In this document: one piece after another, positions 61,294 through 64,000 of the stretch
How the letters are laid out: each line of letters begins with the position of its first letter
How positions within the stretch are numbered: the stretch's first letter is position 1
Assembly: GCA_963825055.1 (NCBI GenBank)
Contig: CAWGSK010000011.1
Coordinates: 32,001 to 96,000, forward strand
Direction of reading: 5' to 3'
Source of the DNA: an uncultured Gemmatimonadales bacterium
GTDB taxonomy: Bacteria; Gemmatimonadota; Gemmatimonadetes; Gemmatimonadales; GWC2-71-9
DNA: 64,000 nt
Position numbers and translations under genes: made by a program
Notes under the pieces: model-generated
What the model saw: only the letters and a program-made list of their open reading frames with translations
Database searches by the model: none
Told to the model about the DNA's origin: nothing

Positions 61294-62342
61294 TGGAGAT
61301 GAACACAGACCCGGTGGGACCGACGGCGACTCCCGTCGCGGCGGGCAGTCCGGTCACCACAGTGGTCCGCGTCCCGTCACCGGCGAGATGGATCAGCTGG
61401 CCGGGGCCGGCGAAGAAGACCGGACCGCCCGCGAACTCGAGCACGTACATGCCGCCATCGGGTCCGAACGCGAAGTCGGTCACGGTCTTGAATCCGCCGG
61501 CGAAGAGCACCGGCGCCTGCCCCGGAACGACGCGATAGATCGCGCCGGCCCCGGCCACGAACGGCACGCCCGAGAGAGTGCTGACATAGAGAGCGCCGTC
61601 AGGGCCGCGCTGCACCTCGGTCGGGACCGCCTCCGACTGCAGGAAGGGCGGCGGAGCGGGCGTGCGGGGGAATGTCGCGACGAGCGTCGCGGCCCCGTTG
61701 GCACCGATCTCCAGCAGCGAGTTCCCCCCGGCATCGGTCACGAACCGCCGGGATGGTTCCACCAGGAGCCCGTACGGGTTGGAATCGACGGGCCCGCCAT
61801 CCGGATTCTGGTCCCCCTCGAATCCCGAGATGTCGACAAGCGACTTCCACCTCCCGGAAGGACGGAGCTGCACCAGGAAGCCCAGCCCCTCGCCTGCACT
61901 GCCGAGGCCTTGGCGAATGGAGGGGTCTCCACCCCATCCGAGAGTCACGAAAGCGGTGCCAAGACCGAGAAAGCCGATGTCGTTCGGCCCGGTGACGTCG
62001 CCCGCCGTCGTATTCACGATGGATGGCAGGCCACTGGCGACCCGTTCCTGATGGCCCTTCCACAGGCGGGTGACCGCCCCGCTTCCGCTGTAGCAGTTGG
62101 GGCCGCGGACCACGACCGCACACGGGCCGCGGACGACATGATCACCGGGCGGCGACATAGAGCGTCCCTAGGCACCTGGCCAGCTGGCGGGGGTTGTCCA
62201 GCCGGGACATCACCACCGGGAGACTGGCGCCGGAGACCGCGAAAGTGGGCCGAGAGGGGGAGGGATCGGGCGACGTGGGGGCCACCTCCCCGCAGGCGGC
62301 AAGCAGGAGGGTACCGATGACCAAGGGATGCATTCGAGACAT
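61244..62342 (-). CDS. ScyD/ScyE-like beta-propeller lipoprotein, disrupted near 62155
   Basis: LAAC lipobox, LDNPR.LA...LYVA; then SNPYG, TDAGGNSL, EAVPT, GPDGALYV repeats. Confidence 0.75.
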
Positions 62343-62397
62343 GTGAGACTCCGGTTGAGGAATGAGCGAGATTGCTGTCCGGCCGCGGCCAGTGCCG

Positions 62398-63846
62398 TCA
62401 GCCCACCTGCACGTTGAGCATCATGCCGTCATCCTCGTGCTGGAGGTTATGGCAGTGCAGCAGGAAGAGACCAGCGTAAGTGGTGAAGCGCACGCGCACC
62501 GCGACAGTTTCGCCCGGGAAGATCAGAGCAGTGTCCTTCCACCCGGCCTCGTACGGATAGACGATCCCCCGGCCACCGCCGCGTGACTCAACCTGAAACT
62601 GGGTGCCGTGGAGATGGACCGGATGTGGGATCGTGCTGTCGTTCACGAAGATCCAGCGCTCGGTCCGCCCGAGCGGCACCTGAACGTCCACCCGGTCCAT
62701 GTCGAACGTGAGGCCGTTGATCCGGTGCATGCCCGTGCCCGCAGTCGTGCCGAAGACGAAGGTGCGGTCGACCGCTGGGGCCCCCAGCGGCGCCACGGCC
62801 GATAGCGCCCCCGGCATGGGCGACGGTGGCTCGGACGGGGTAGGGTCGCGTCGAATCTCCAGGAGATCCATCCCGCGGCCCTGGGGGAACGTTGCACTCG
62901 TCGGTGCCCCGGTGCTGAAGGGAAGGGACTGCAACATCATGCTGGTTCCAGGAGGCATGCCGGAGAAGTCCAGCAGAATGTCTGCCCGCTCCCCCACGCC
63001 CAGATACACGTCGCCAACCTCCACCGCTGCAGGCAGCAGGCCGCCGTCGTTGCCGATGACGGTCAGGGGCGCGCCGGTACTGACCGCGAGCCGGTAGACC
63101 CGGGCATGGGAGGCGTTCAGAACGCGCAGGCGATACAGGCCCCCCACGACAGTGAGGGTGGGTGACCGGACCCCGTTACCCCACGCCACATCGCGCAGCA
63201 TGCCTTCCTGGAGATCCATAGAGGTCGGGTGGTAGTCGAAGGCCGAGGAGGGATTCGCGTCACGATCCTGGAGCACCAGCAGGATTTCACGCCCGCCGGC
63301 CGGCAGGTCGAGCGCGGCTTCCTCGTGGTCGCTTATAAGGAAGAATCCCGCGAGCCCGGCCTGCACCTGGGCGGCCGTGCGCTGATGAGGATGAGGGTGG
63401 TACCAGTACGTCCCCGCTCGCTGGACGATGGGAAACGCGTAGTCGAACTGCCCTCCGGAGCCAATGACATGACGGGGATGCCCGTCGGCGGCGCCGGGCA
63501 CGATCAGGCCGTGCCAGTGGATGATAGTCGGCTCCGACAGCCTGTTTGCAAGTCGAATGGTGGCCTGGTCGCCCTGCCGGGCGATCAGGGTCGGACCCGG
63601 CAGGTGATCGTTGTACCGCCAGGTCGAGATGGATGATGACCTGGCGGGGGCGGCCGTCAGCGTCACGCTCCCGATGCCCAGGACCCCAGGCACCGGCAGT
63701 GATGACGGGTCGGTGCCGTCGGGGCCGGCGGCTTTCTCCCCACACCCCGACAACCCTGGCAGGCTCCCCAGAGCGGCCGCCGTGATCGAACCCGTGGCCA
63801 GGCGGACGAACTGGCGCCGGTTGAATCGGAGGCCGGAACGGTCCAT
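62398..63846 (-). CDS. Multicopper oxidase (CueO/bilirubin oxidase-like), Tat signal
   Basis: NRRQFV; HWHG, WYHPH, HPVHLHG, HCHNLQHEDDGMM. Confidence 0.92.
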   Translation of the reverse strand: MDRSGLRFNRRQFVRLATGSITAAALGSLPGLSGCGEKAAGPDGTDPSSLPVPGVLGIGSVTLTAAPARSSSISTWRYNDHLPGPTLIARQGDQATIRLANRLSEPTIIHWHGLIVPGAADGHPRHVIGSGGQFDYAFPIVQRAGTYWYHPHPHQRTAAQVQAGLAGFFLISDHEEAALDLPAGGREILLVLQDRDANPSSAFDYHPTSMDLQEGMLRDVAWGNGVRSPTLTVVGGLYRLRVLNASHARVYRLAVSTGAPLTVIGNDGGLLPAAVEVGDVYLGVGERADILLDFSGMPPGTSMMLQSLPFSTGAPTSATFPQGRGMDLLEIRRDPTPSEPPSPMPGALSAVAPLGAPAVDRTFVFGTTAGTGMHRINGLTFDMDRVDVQVPLGRTERWIFVNDSTIPHPVHLHGTQFQVESRGGGRGIVYPYEAGWKDTALIFPGETVAVRVRFTTYAGLFLLHCHNLQHEDDGMMLNVQVG

Positions 63847-63998
63847 CAGTGCACCCGGACCGTGCCGGTCATCGCCGGGTGAATGGCGCAGCGATAGGCA
63901 TAGGATCCGCTCTTAGGGAAGGTCCGGCTTGCGGAGGCATTCTGGAGCGGGGCAATGTCCGCGGGTGACCCGACCGTCGTGAAGTCAACCGAGTGGTG
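63846..63998 (-). CDS. Cupredoxin/plastocyanin-like blue copper protein, C-terminal part (cut by window edge)
   Basis: Minus strand reads HSVDF…RTFPKSGSYAYRCAIHPAMTGTVRVH-stop (type-1 Cu C-x2-H-x2-M); TGATG overlap with the oxidase; not in the ORF track. Confidence 0.8.
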   Translation of the reverse strand, partial: HHSVDFTTVGSPADIAPLQNASASRTFPKSGSYAYRCAIHPAMTGTVRVH

Positions 63999-64000
63999 AA

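Overview
High-GC, gene-dense bacterial DNA. The gene content (Ser/Thr kinase-TolB_N-TPR, PAS hybrid kinases, DUF885, M1 peptidase, LVIVD protein) resembles Gemmatimonadota; that taxon call is inference. About 70 mostly accessory CDSs; no rRNA, tRNA, CRISPR array or mobile element was recognised. Best finding: a MerB-like organomercurial lyase (56220-56879) whose apparent TGA stop at 56655 sits at the second catalytic Cys position. The frame stays open for 73 more conserved-looking codons, and a bacterial SECIS-like hairpin (GCGTTCC-GGTC-GGAACGC) follows 12 nt downstream, so it is a probable selenoprotein with no mer or sel genes in this window. Other notable items: (i) two different KaiC-family signalling operons pointing towards each other, kaiC-kaiB-hybrid kinase and small helical protein-KaiC-like/wHTH-hybrid kinase; (ii) a shared ACTTTG-N5-CAAAGT palindrome upstream of a B3 metallo-beta-lactamase and of a membrane protein; (iii) two copper-related operons; (iv) an ArsR-SRPBCC-DUF1801 operon with a leaderless promoter and twin operators; (v) a decayed kinase remnant. 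Several genes carry frameshifts, often in G/C runs, probably long-read assembly errors. All family calls come from motif recognition by eye, not database searches.
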